64,000 bases of DNA from Candidatus Undinarchaeales archaeon (GTDB lineage Archaea > SpSt-1190 > JASMDC01): assembly GCA_030753015.1 (NCBI GenBank), contig JASMDC010000017.1, forward strand, positions 8,662 to 72,661, in the 5' to 3' direction. This document shows positions 38,801-46,350 of this stretch, piece by piece. The notes below the pieces were generated by a model. The model was given only the letters and a program-made list of their open reading frames with translations. It was not told the DNA's origin and ran no database searches. Each line of letters opens with the position of its first letter. Position 1 is the first letter of the stretch. Position numbers and translations under genes: made by a program.

Positions 38801-39311
38801 GACGTGGGCGTGTCCTCTCATCGGCTGCTGTCATGAGGGGAGGGATGATGTCCAGGCGTACGGTATCGCTCGTACGCTTCAGCTCTCTGAGCACGGACGG
38901 TGCGAGCCGCTCCGCTGTAGGTGAATCGGCCAGGACCTCACCAAGGATACCAAGAACGATAGCGCGGTCAACGGGATTATCGAGGCGCTCTACGGCATCA
39001 AGTATGCCCCTGAGTGATCGTCCAAGCTCACGAAGCGCCCCCTCCAAGGCCTCCATCAGTGCTGGACCTCTTCGGTCTATGATAACGGAGACAACCGCGT
39101 CTGCGTCACGTGGCCCTAGCTCGCTGGCAGCGAGCCGTAGGAGGAGGGCGGACCGTCTGAGGCCGACCGCATCGCACCTTGCTGCCAGCTCCGAGAGCTC
39201 CCGGTCATTTCCCGGGACGGCCGTCAACTCTTCAACGGACTTAGCGACCTCGTCGAGGTACTGCCAGGGCTCGTTCCCATCGAGAAGAGAACGGAGGGAG
39301 ACGGCGCCCAT
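35865..39311 (-). CDS. Large alpha-helical (HEAT-like) repeat protein with C-terminal DUF835 domain
   Basis: Repeats such as LEDPWSRAEA, ISDPWERATS, IQDPWLHMDA; C-term LCITRTNP...WLT...VVLLDGMEYL..NGF...LRD; start 39311 fits the TATA spacing (ORF track gives 39332). Confidence 0.8.
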   Translation of the reverse strand: MGAVSLRSLLDGNEPWQYLDEVAKSVEELTAVPGNDRELSELAARCDAVGLRRSALLLRLAASELGPRDADAVVSVIIDRRGPALMEALEGALRELGRSLRGILDAVERLDNPVDRAIVLGILGEVLADSPTAERLAPSVLRELKRTSDTVRLDIIPPLMTAADERTRPRLSRQAKEVLSSIVAEDAPRRAATFLAAFPSASAAEMGDWLMREMAESDVSSRARWAAALGQALGPDSMVGFADSIVIDATSLPRKERCRTLFHLVEGLGDRAPQTAMEAAIDLVKDSRPDEAVTLLAHLARAPLSDAAFCRLMEGLVPRVLHELAELEDPWSRAEAVRSLLKLSSGCPRDTARTVLAAAIELPDPEHTAHVIKGARAHCTPRPDLLEAVAGTALEALVPAADIKALPRRLEVLRDLAASSQYVAGAVRDHLTPLLRELVRTCTDISDPWERATSLGILGDLVGPEIVGAELADRTDALLEMTESIQDPWLHMDALLALTKVLTSDQTEAAIVRTFDAVSDPARRAKALSKMRERSILEHLAERLLNERISTLLPPRDAPPELAGPTFASLLKATAGHQSTVKVLTEFDLQCPRISPIALPGWPPPDPGSGGPWSMLTAAGLSTPPPAGDVGAVARELLPPTSFADDLAARLLVEGETSSAHLVPEAAGIALLARTSAVSLADVLATVHKISAEVECSSITKLMGYLEHSLEVLEGRSAPAPCMFCPAAEGCETKEYRLILRSVPAICEAPTDERRDLLIDITNELASVDNPIPAVHLALDTIGRYANRELSQEGALIRLIDLLLFPPDCVRRMKVVLATAGTDRVLADARRTLALQDRVKGIAWARRAPGSEDLHALEGVLETVGIGAATTLARVRCLRRVLDAEARPLLIASLEAGRTDVYRALAQVALSPLPPVPRRQALGAVLDGPALAAIGRSRKALGSLDITRPLANAVVAPIPTTTGPTQAPVDTPQPLEVPEPVLVAEEDYAVRSGCSYLVIESKPGTSFRLLAYAHTLGKPTLCITRTNPEILRRRYGLTEDVAVRWLTDEQSIDNVTLSPSHIDTVQAIKRFVEDSPSSVVLLDGMEYLVGHNGFDSVFRAIQSLRDRVSMGDTSLIVTVSRFALGERELTLLQRELETLGHETSSEGR

Positions 39312-39404
39312 GTGTGGGGAGGTGGCCCTCATCTATAAATCTTTGATGCCGGGCACCTCGCCCGCGGCATCCCTTTTTATGTTTTGCATGCCCCATGAAC
39401 GGAC

Positions 39405-40160
39405 ATGTCCGTGTTCGGCGAGGACCCCAATCTTACAAGGATGGACGCGCCCGCGCGGCCCCAGAACATTGACGAGAAGGTTCTCACCCACGTTCCGGGC
39501 CTCGACAAGCTCATGGGGGGCGGGTTCGAGCGCAACGCAACGATCTGCCTCTTCGGCGGGCCCGGCACCGGCAAGACCACGCTCGCCCTCCAGATCCTTC
39601 ACAATGCCGCCGTGACCGATGGCGAACCGGGACTCTATATCTCATTCGAGCAGTCGCGTGACGAGGTGTACCGGTTCATGAAGCGCATGGGATACGACCT
39701 GGAGGCGCTGGAGAAGAAAGGACTGTTCACCTTCAAGAACTATTACCCGACGCATCTCCAGAGCTTCATCAAGGAGGACCGGGGCCCTATCGAGAAGACG
39801 ATCGAGACCATCGGCGCCACCCTACTGGGGATCGACTCCCTCACTGCCCTGGCGATGGTTAGCGAAGGTGAAATGGAACGCCGGCGCACCTTCCTCAAGC
39901 TATTCGAGACGGTCAAGATCCACAACACGACCAGCATCTTCACCGTTGAAGAACACCTAACTCCCGACAATATCAAGAGCGCCTACGGCACCGAGTTCCT
40001 GGCCGATGGCGTGGTCAACCTCTACAACCTTCGCCGGGAATGGACACGTCGATTGGGGCTGGAGATCATTAAGATGCGGGGGGTCGCCTTTCCCCGCAAG
40101 ATCGTACCCTATACGATCGAGTCCAACGGTATCAACGTGTTCCCTGATCTCAACCTTTAA
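39405..40160 (+). CDS. KaiC/RAD55-like RecA-superfamily ATPase
   Basis: GLDKLMGGG, GGPGTGKT, YISFEQ, IDSL, EFLADGV, LEIIKMRG. Confidence 0.92.
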   Translation: MSVFGEDPNLTRMDAPARPQNIDEKVLTHVPGLDKLMGGGFERNATICLFGGPGTGKTTLALQILHNAAVTDGEPGLYISFEQSRDEVYRFMKRMGYDLEALEKKGLFTFKNYYPTHLQSFIKEDRGPIEKTIETIGATLLGIDSLTALAMVSEGEMERRRTFLKLFETVKIHNTTSIFTVEEHLTPDNIKSAYGTEFLADGVVNLYNLRREWTRRLGLEIIKMRGVAFPRKIVPYTIESNGINVFPDLNL

Positions 40161-40163
40161 TGC

Positions 40164-40622
40164 TCAGATCAGCCCGTCGGTGTCGCGTACGAGGCCTGCT
40201 AAGAGCTTAGATAGTTCATTCAGCTGGCCCCGACTCACTGACACTGATCCCTTCTCGGTCGAGATGATGAGACTGATGGAATTGGCATCCACGTCAATGT
40301 GCTTGTCCTCGATGGCATGATGAAGCTTGGTAACGGTACGGAACGCCGCGGGGTACTCCTCGTTGAATCCGTGCTCCTTCACAAGCACTTCCTCGAAGAC
40401 CTCCGACCTGTATCGGTCAATGGTCGGTACGTTGGGGATGTGCCCGCGCTTCCGGGCGATGATAAGGGCGGCGGTGATGGCGTTGTCCATACCTGTGTAG
40501 AGCTGTTTGATGGCTGAGATGAGGAGGTGTGGGTCCTTTGCCCGTGTCATCGCGACATCGATGAGGAACGTTGCGGTCTTACTGGCCTTCCGTGCCTCCT
40601 TCAGATGGGAGGACGGGTCCAT
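40164..40622 (-). CDS. Hypothetical helical protein (possibly HEPN-like fold)
   Basis: 152-aa ORF filling the gap; TATA-like upstream. Confidence 0.6.
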   Translation of the reverse strand: MDPSSHLKEARKASKTATFLIDVAMTRAKDPHLLISAIKQLYTGMDNAITAALIIARKRGHIPNVPTIDRYRSEVFEEVLVKEHGFNEEYPAAFRTVTKLHHAIEDKHIDVDANSISLIISTEKGSVSVSRGQLNELSKLLAGLVRDTDGLI

Positions 40623-40675
40623 ATTGTCGGCGGGAATCTCTATCTATTAAAAGCTTGCGTGCGACCGAGCCTGCC

Positions 40676-41335
40676 ATGCCATCCGAGCAGGAGGAGGATG
40701 GACTGGGCGAGCCTGAGCCCAGTAGCTCGCTTCCTCTGGTGCGTGTGTGTATTGTCCTGGCAGTGCTCTGTCTGCTACTCTATACGGCCGCCCGCTTGAA
40801 AGCCCCCCATGGATGTGCGGTCATCAATATCAAGGGGGCATTGGCTGGTGGCAAAGAGTCCCGGATCACCTATGAAGGGGCAAGGGGGGTGATCACCGTC
40901 GAAGGAGGGGACTTCAACCAGTTGGTCCGGGCCGCTGACCGGCTGGCGCTCCTCTTCCTGGGCGTTTCAGGTGAAAAGTACAACCTCAACCTCTTGGGTG
41001 AGATGCGGACCTATGAGATCCCCTTCCCCGTCCAGACCATTGACGGGGGGATGACCGAGATAATGGTGGGAATGCGTTCCAATCCCTCCCGCCTGGGTGA
41101 CGTCCCCGTAGATGATCTGGAGGGGCTCAAGTGGTTAATAGAGAGCCGGCCGGCCCGGTTCGCCTTCGCCTTCCATCCCCGTGCTGGAGGCGAGGACGTG
41201 GTGGCCGCAACCGAAGTGTCCACAGCTCTGGCGCTCCGGTTCACCTACCTGAACACCACCGACGACATCATGACCTTCGATGAGGCGACCGGCGGTGTCC
41301 ACACACTTGAAACTGCACTGGAGGCGTGCACATGA
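40676..41335 (+). CDS. Hypothetical membrane-anchored protein
   Basis: TM near N-terminus; ATGA overlap with carS; TATTAAAA about 25 nt upstream. Confidence 0.65.
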   Translation: MPSEQEEDGLGEPEPSSSLPLVRVCIVLAVLCLLLYTAARLKAPHGCAVINIKGALAGGKESRITYEGARGVITVEGGDFNQLVRAADRLALLFLGVSGEKYNLNLLGEMRTYEIPFPVQTIDGGMTEIMVGMRSNPSRLGDVPVDDLEGLKWLIESRPARFAFAFHPRAGGEDVVAATEVSTALALRFTYLNTTDDIMTFDEATGGVHTLETALEACT

Positions 41336-41838
41336 GCCTTCCGATGGAGGTCCTGAACGCCTTCCTGTACTTCCTACCGGCATATATGGCGAATATGGCC
41401 CCCTGCTACATGGCGCATTTCTCTTTCTTCAAAGCCCTGGCCTACCCCCTGGATATGGGCCGGGAGTGGACGGATGGCCGACGCATCCTGGGTGATGGCA
41501 AGACGCTTGCCGGTATAGTGTACGCTGCAGTCATCGGTGCGGCAGTGTCTCTGGGTCAGGGCGAGACTTGGTTGCTCGGTTTCGTGATGGCTATCGGTGC
41601 GCTCGCGGGCGACCTCGTCGGATCCTTCCTGAAGCGTCGGATCGATGTGGGCCGTGGGGAACGAACGCTGCTGCTTGACCAGCTCGACTTCGTGGTCGGA
41701 GCGCTGGTCGTCCTGTACCTTGTCGGATGGGCGCCACCGGCGAGGACCATGATCATTCTCCTCCTCATAACTCCCCCGCTCCACCTGCTGATGAACTACG
41801 TCGGTTACGCCCTCAAATACAAGGGGGTGCCTTGGTGA
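41332..41838 (+). CDS. carS: CDP-archaeol synthase
   Basis: LPAYMANMAP, PLDMG...DGRRILGDGKT, GDLVGSFLKRR, LDQLDF, KGVPW. Confidence 0.93.
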   Translation: MSLPMEVLNAFLYFLPAYMANMAPCYMAHFSFFKALAYPLDMGREWTDGRRILGDGKTLAGIVYAAVIGAAVSLGQGETWLLGFVMAIGALAGDLVGSFLKRRIDVGRGERTLLLDQLDFVVGALVVLYLVGWAPPARTMIILLLITPPLHLLMNYVGYALKYKGVPW

Positions 41839-42194
41839 CGGATGAGCTGAAGCAGGTCATCGTGTTCCGTAGAGATCTCAAGCTCAGCCGCGGGAAGGTG
41901 GTCGTCCAAGGGGCCCACGCTGCCCTTGGCGCCTTTGAGCGTGCCCAGCGCTCACGCCGGGAGTGGGTGGACACGTGGAGTCGAGAGGGGCAACGCAAGA
42001 TCGCTGTCCAGGTGGACTCCCTCGACGACCTCCTGGATCTCCATAGCCGTGCCCAGCGCATACCGCTCCCCTGTTTCCTGGTCCGCGACGCTGGCTACAC
42101 CGAGATCCCGCCCGGCACTGTTACGGCCTTGGGCATTGGCCCGGCACCCGAGGACGCGATGGACCGCCTCACGGGCGACCTCAAGCTCATGTGA
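41835..42194 (+). CDS. pth2: Peptidyl-tRNA hydrolase PTH2
   Basis: KQVIVFRRDLKLSRGKVVVQGAHA, GQRKI, VRDAGYTEIPPGTVTALGIGP. Confidence 0.95.
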   Translation: MTDELKQVIVFRRDLKLSRGKVVVQGAHAALGAFERAQRSRREWVDTWSREGQRKIAVQVDSLDDLLDLHSRAQRIPLPCFLVRDAGYTEIPPGTVTALGIGPAPEDAMDRLTGDLKLM

Positions 42195-42203
42195 GGGTGT
42201 CCG

Positions 42204-42857
42204 ATGCTCGCCGCGATCATCCCAGCCTTCCACGAGACCGATGCTATCGCCACTGTGGTCAAGAACACACTCCCTCACGTCGACCGCGTTGTAGTGGTGG
42301 ATGATGGATCGAAGGACGGGACCGACGCCGCTGCCCGCGAAGCCGGAGCTGAGGTCGTTGTCCATCCGGAGAACCGTGGGAAGGGCGCGGCCATGGAGAC
42401 GGGCGTTGCCGCCGTGGCCGCTGATATCTATGTGATGCTCGACGCTGACGGTCAGCATGACCCTTCCGATATCCCTCAACTGGTTAAGGGGCTGGAGGGA
42501 AGCACAATGTGTATCGGGAGCAGGTTCCTGGGGGATATTTCCCAGATGCCCTTCCAGCGACGGCTGTCCAACCGCCTCGTTAGTGGCATATGCACCCTCA
42601 CAACCGGTATTCACCTCACTGATGTCCAGTCAGGGTTCCGTGCGTTCCGCGGTGAGCACGCTGCAGAACTTGTGCGTGGTTTCGAGCGCTATACAGTGGA
42701 GGTCGGGATGGTGCTCCGTGCCGCCGACCTCAGTCTTGTCGTGACCGAGACGCCCATCATTGCAGTCTACGGCGACGAGCGCTCAAAGGTCAATCCGCTG
42801 GTCGACGGCCTGCGCGTGATCCGCCTCCTCGTAGGCCACCTCCTGGGTCGTCGGTGA
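42204..42857 (+). CDS. GT2 glycosyltransferase
   Basis: IIPAFHE, VVDDGSKDGT, NRGKG, DADGQH, DVQSGFRA. Confidence 0.9.
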   Translation: MLAAIIPAFHETDAIATVVKNTLPHVDRVVVVDDGSKDGTDAAAREAGAEVVVHPENRGKGAAMETGVAAVAADIYVMLDADGQHDPSDIPQLVKGLEGSTMCIGSRFLGDISQMPFQRRLSNRLVSGICTLTTGIHLTDVQSGFRAFRGEHAAELVRGFERYTVEVGMVLRAADLSLVVTETPIIAVYGDERSKVNPLVDGLRVIRLLVGHLLGRR

Positions 42858-42893
42858 ACCTTTAAAAGCGATGATTGGACCATCCACCTTTTT

Positions 42894-43073
42894 GTGAGAA
42901 CAGACGAGGTCACAGAATGCTTCTTCTGCATGATCGTAGAGGACGATCCAGTGCAGACGCCCCTGGTGTGCGATGAGTGTGGCACGCCCGCCTGTTGCGC
43001 ACGGGGACATATGGAGCACGAGATAGAGGGCGACGCCATCCGGCACGTGTGTCAGGACTGCCTCGATGGCTAA
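42894..43073 (+). CDS. Small Cys/His-rich Zn-finger protein (59 aa)
   Basis: Manual translation MRTDEVTECFFCMIVEDDPVQTPLVCDECGTPACCARGHMEHEIEGDAIRHVCQDCLDG; TTTAAAA about 27 nt upstream; overlaps dph5 start. Confidence 0.7.
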   Translation: MRTDEVTECFFCMIVEDDPVQTPLVCDECGTPACCARGHMEHEIEGDAIRHVCQDCLDG

Positions 43074-43899
43074 GGGTCAGCTCATCCTTATCGGCCTGGG
43101 GCTTTACGATGAGCGAAGCCCGTCCCTTGAAGCTCTAGAGACCATGCGCTCCTGCACGACACTGTTCGCTGAATTCTACACGGGTCTCATGGCTGGGCTC
43201 GATCCCACACGTCTTGAAGAGCTCGTGGGTGGACCTATCGAAGTGCTCAGCCGCGAGGAGGTAGAGTCACGGGCGGAGCGGATAATCGAGGCCTCCGCGA
43301 AGGGTGATGTGGGATTCCTGGTCCAAGGGGACCCCATGGTCGCCACGACACATCCTGACCTGAGATTGCGGGCCCATGCGGAGGGTGTCGCTACCCGTGT
43401 TGTGCACGGCGCCTCCATCTACTCGGCAGTTGGAGTGACGGGGCTTCAGCTCGTGCGGTTCGGCAAGGCGGGTTCCGTACCTTTTCCCCATCCCAGCTAC
43501 CTTCCCACTTCGCCGCTCGAGGTGGTCCACCAGAACCTTGAGCGGGACTGCCATACCCTGCTGGTCATGGACATAGTGGCGGACGAGGGACGCTACATGA
43601 CCGCTAACGAGGGCATGGACACTCTCATGACTATGGAACGTCGACTTGCGGAGCGGCGGAGTGGCCCGCTTCCGGACGGTGCTCCTCGGATCGATGGTGA
43701 CTCCCTGATGATAGCCCTGGCCCGGGCCGGATCCCCGGAGCCCGTGGTGCGGGCCGGCCCCCTCCGGACGCTGCAGAGGGAGGACATCGGCCCACCGCCT
43801 CATCTGCTCGTGGTCCCCGCCAAGCTCCATTACATGGAGGCGGCCTACCTCCACGCCTTCGCCGGACTGCCGGCGGAGCTCGTCCCCGATGAGGGGTGA
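43066..43899 (+). CDS. dph5: Diphthine synthase
   Basis: LIGLGL, FAEFYT, GDPMVATTH, HGASI, FGK, HTLLVMDI, PPHLLVVP. Confidence 0.95.
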   Translation: MAKGQLILIGLGLYDERSPSLEALETMRSCTTLFAEFYTGLMAGLDPTRLEELVGGPIEVLSREEVESRAERIIEASAKGDVGFLVQGDPMVATTHPDLRLRAHAEGVATRVVHGASIYSAVGVTGLQLVRFGKAGSVPFPHPSYLPTSPLEVVHQNLERDCHTLLVMDIVADEGRYMTANEGMDTLMTMERRLAERRSGPLPDGAPRIDGDSLMIALARAGSPEPVVRAGPLRTLQREDIGPPPHLLVVPAKLHYMEAAYLHAFAGLPAELVPDEG

Positions 43900-43961
43900 G
43901 CCGACGCTCCCGGGCGTTCGATAGATAAAGTATAGTATCCATCCAGTCCAACGGCGGGACC

Positions 43962-44210
43962 ATGGCCCAGGGACAGACGATGAACATGACGTTCTTGCTC
44001 TATCTCGCTGCCTTCCTGCTGTTGCTAAGGGGTGGGTTCTATGATATCGTGGCCGGTTCCCTAGGTATCTTTCATGTCCGTAGTGCTCATCCTCGCAATG
44101 GATCTGTACAGCGTGGTGTTCCTGATCCTACGACAGCGAAGGTCGGATGCACAGGGCCCTACGAAAGAAGGACCACCCGGCTGGCCTCCTGCTCGTCCTT
44201 GATCTCGTAG
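43962..44210 (+). CDS. Small membrane protein, possibly frameshifted
   Basis: First TM in one frame; a second TM (FMSVVLILAMDLYSVVFLIL) continues in the +1 frame after 44070. Confidence 0.35.
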   Translation: MAQGQTMNMTFLLYLAAFLLLLRGGFYDIVAGSLGIFHVRSAHPRNGSVQRGVPDPTTAKVGCTGPYERRTTRLASCSSLIS

Positions 44211-45070
44211 CCGGTCGCTTTCGCGATCCGCTTGGCGAAGTCCTTTACCTCTTGATGGGACGGCATGGCCTCGCGGGGAAGACGTTTGCGGGAAAAACCC
44301 ACATGCATGTATGACTTACACTCGATATAGGTCGGTTCGGCCTTCTTGATGAGCTGGGCGTAGCCCTCGGGATTGGTCATGTTATGTCCCTTGACCAAGG
44401 TGAGCCTGATGACCGTCCTGCAGCGGAACGACGGGAGCTTCTCGAGGCTCTCGTTCAGCCGGTCCCAGGAAGAAGCGTCCATGGGCCTGTCCATGGCAAG
44501 GTACCGTTCACGGTCAGGGGCGTCGAGGGATATGTAGAGCTGGGTCGGTTCCGTGAACGTGGGGAGCCGGTCCGGCCGAGTGCCGTTCGTGACCAGAAAT
44601 GTAGTGATCCCGCGGTTGTGGAACTCGAATATGAGGTCGTCGATCCGGCTGTAGAGTGTGGGCTCGCCCGCAAGTGAGATGGCGGCGTTGCGGGGGCTGA
44701 ACGACTCCTCCAAACGGTCCTTATCGACTTCGTCAAGTCCTTTGAACCCTATGAGCAGCTTGCGCTGGGCGGCTATCGCTCCGTCCACGATGTCCTTGGG
44801 CTCGTCCACATCCTCGTCCATCTCACCCCCCAGTGTGTTCTCCACGGGGCGCCAGCAGAGGAGACATTGGTGGTTGCACCACCCGACCGCAGGGGTCATC
44901 TGGAGGCAGCGGTGGCTCTCGATCCCGTAGAATTTCTGCTTGTAGCACACTCGACCTTCTCGAATCGAGCGTTTCGTCCAGTGGCAGGTCTTGACCGCTG
45001 AGTGCTTGCCGATCACCGCGTAATGGTGCTTGATGAGCAGTTCACGAAGCTCGGGGGTGAGCTCGGGCAT
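44159..45070 (-). CDS. taw1: 4-demethylwyosine synthase Taw1/TYW1 (radical SAM)
   Basis: HSAVKTCHWT, CYKQKFYGIESHRCLQMTP, CNHQCLLCWR, AISLAGEP, KSYMHVG. Confidence 0.95.
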   Translation of the reverse strand: MPELTPELRELLIKHHYAVIGKHSAVKTCHWTKRSIREGRVCYKQKFYGIESHRCLQMTPAVGWCNHQCLLCWRPVENTLGGEMDEDVDEPKDIVDGAIAAQRKLLIGFKGLDEVDKDRLEESFSPRNAAISLAGEPTLYSRIDDLIFEFHNRGITTFLVTNGTRPDRLPTFTEPTQLYISLDAPDRERYLAMDRPMDASSWDRLNESLEKLPSFRCRTVIRLTLVKGHNMTNPEGYAQLIKKAEPTYIECKSYMHVGFSRKRLPREAMPSHQEVKDFAKRIAKATGYEIKDEQEASRVVLLS

Positions 45071-45125
45071 GATATCTTGGGGTGGAGGGCACACTTTTGA
45101 ATGTTTGGAAAACTGGGCAGAACAA

Positions 45126-45246
45126 GGCAGCGGCGAGCGCGTGACCGGCGCCCGCCGCCGCGGGTTGGGAGGGGGAGGGAGCAAAGCTCCCGGACGGACC
45201 ATCGTCGCCTTCCCCTACGGGCGACTCCCCTTCAGCGCGGACTGCC
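45126..45246. ncRNA. Candidate 121-nt structured RNA
   Basis: GC-rich intergenic segment closed by GGCAG/CTGCC with nested stems; strand ambiguous (minus slightly favoured). Confidence 0.45.
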
Positions 45247-45277
45247 AGCACGCTTTCGGGGGTCCTTGACACCTTTT

Positions 45278-46348
45278 TCACTCGTGGATCTTCTGGACCT
45301 GCTCCTTGGCACGGAGGCGTTTCATGTCGCGAACGACATCGGACAGTTCACGCACGTTCTCCGCGATCGTTGGGAAGATCCGCTGGAGCACACGCTGGAG
45401 CGCATTGATCTGGGCGCCCACGCCCTCAAGCTCCTTGCTGTACTCCTCCAAGCGCACGGTGGAGTGCTCCTGCAGTTCCACATAGCGCGACTTGAGCTCG
45501 GCCAGTTCCTCACGGATCTCGGCCATGCTCTCGTGCAGGTCGGTGCGGAAGGACTCGAGATCCTCGATGCGGACTTCAGCTTCCTTCCATTTCTCGTCCA
45601 CGATCTTCTCTACCAAGGCCTCGATATTTCGTCCACCGGGAGCTCCGGGGCCTCCCATGTCGGGTCCCATTCCCGGTGGTCCCATTCCTGGCGGTCCGCC
45701 CATTCCTGGCGGTCCGCCCATTCCTGGTGGCCCCATTCCCGGTGGCCCCATTCCCGGTGGTCCCATTCCTGGTGGTCCCATTCCTGGTGGTCCCATTCCT
45801 GGTGGCCCCATCCCAGGTGGTCCCATTCCTGGTGGCCCCATCCCAGGTGGTCCCATTCCTGGTGGTCCCATGTCCATCCCTGGTGGTCCCATCCCTGGTG
45901 GTCCCATTCCTGGTGGTCCCATGTCCATCCCCGGTGGTCCCATTCCTGGTGGTCCCATCCCTGGTGGCCCCATACCGGGGGGTCCCATTCCTGGCGGACC
46001 CATACCGGGCGGTCCCATATCCATTCCTGGCGGTCCCATCCCCGGCGGTCCCATCCCTGGTGGACCCATACCGGGCGGCCCCATTCCTGGTGGTCCTCCC
46101 GGGGGTCCCATTCCTGGGGGCCCCATCCCTGGTTGCCCCATACCTGGCGGTCCCATTCCTGGTGCTCCTCCCATACCCATTTTCATGTCTGCTTGCTGCA
46201 TTGCAGCTTGGATATCATCAGGTGTGAATCCCTCTTGAGAGAGGTTCTGAAAGATCACGTTGTCGGGCATTCCCTGCGAGCGCATGTTAACGACCTCGTT
46301 GACAGGAGGTCCCTTTTTCCCGAGGAATTTACCCAGAAGCGAGTCCAT
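45278..46348 (-). CDS. Protein with N-terminal helical domain, (MGPPG)n low-complexity tract and C-terminal coiled coil
   Basis: NMRSQGMPDNVIFQNLSQEGFTPDDI; about 27 exact MGPPG; IEALVEKIVDEKW then heptads. Confidence 0.85.
   Translation of the reverse strand: MDSLLGKFLGKKGPPVNEVVNMRSQGMPDNVIFQNLSQEGFTPDDIQAAMQQADMKMGMGGAPGMGPPGMGQPGMGPPGMGPPGGPPGMGPPGMGPPGMGPPGMGPPGMDMGPPGMGPPGMGPPGMGPPGMGPPGMGPPGMDMGPPGMGPPGMGPPGMDMGPPGMGPPGMGPPGMGPPGMGPPGMGPPGMGPPGMGPPGMGPPGMGPPGMGGPPGMGGPPGMGPPGMGPDMGGPGAPGGRNIEALVEKIVDEKWKEAEVRIEDLESFRTDLHESMAEIREELAELKSRYVELQEHSTVRLEEYSKELEGVGAQINALQRVLQRIFPTIAENVRELSDVVRDMKRLRAKEQVQKIHE
45655..46170 (-). repeat. Coding 15-bp tandem repeat (GGN ATG GGN CCN CCN)
   Basis: About 30 degenerate copies, varying mainly at synonymous positions. 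Confidence 0.9.
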
Positions 46349-46350
46349 GG

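Noticed and set aside
45126-45246. 5S rRNA or RNase P RNA
   Set aside because: Lacks the 5S loop C CCGAAC and helix proportions; lacks RNase P P4 signatures
45655-46170. CRISPR array
   Set aside because: 15-bp coding tandem repeat with no spacers and no cas genes
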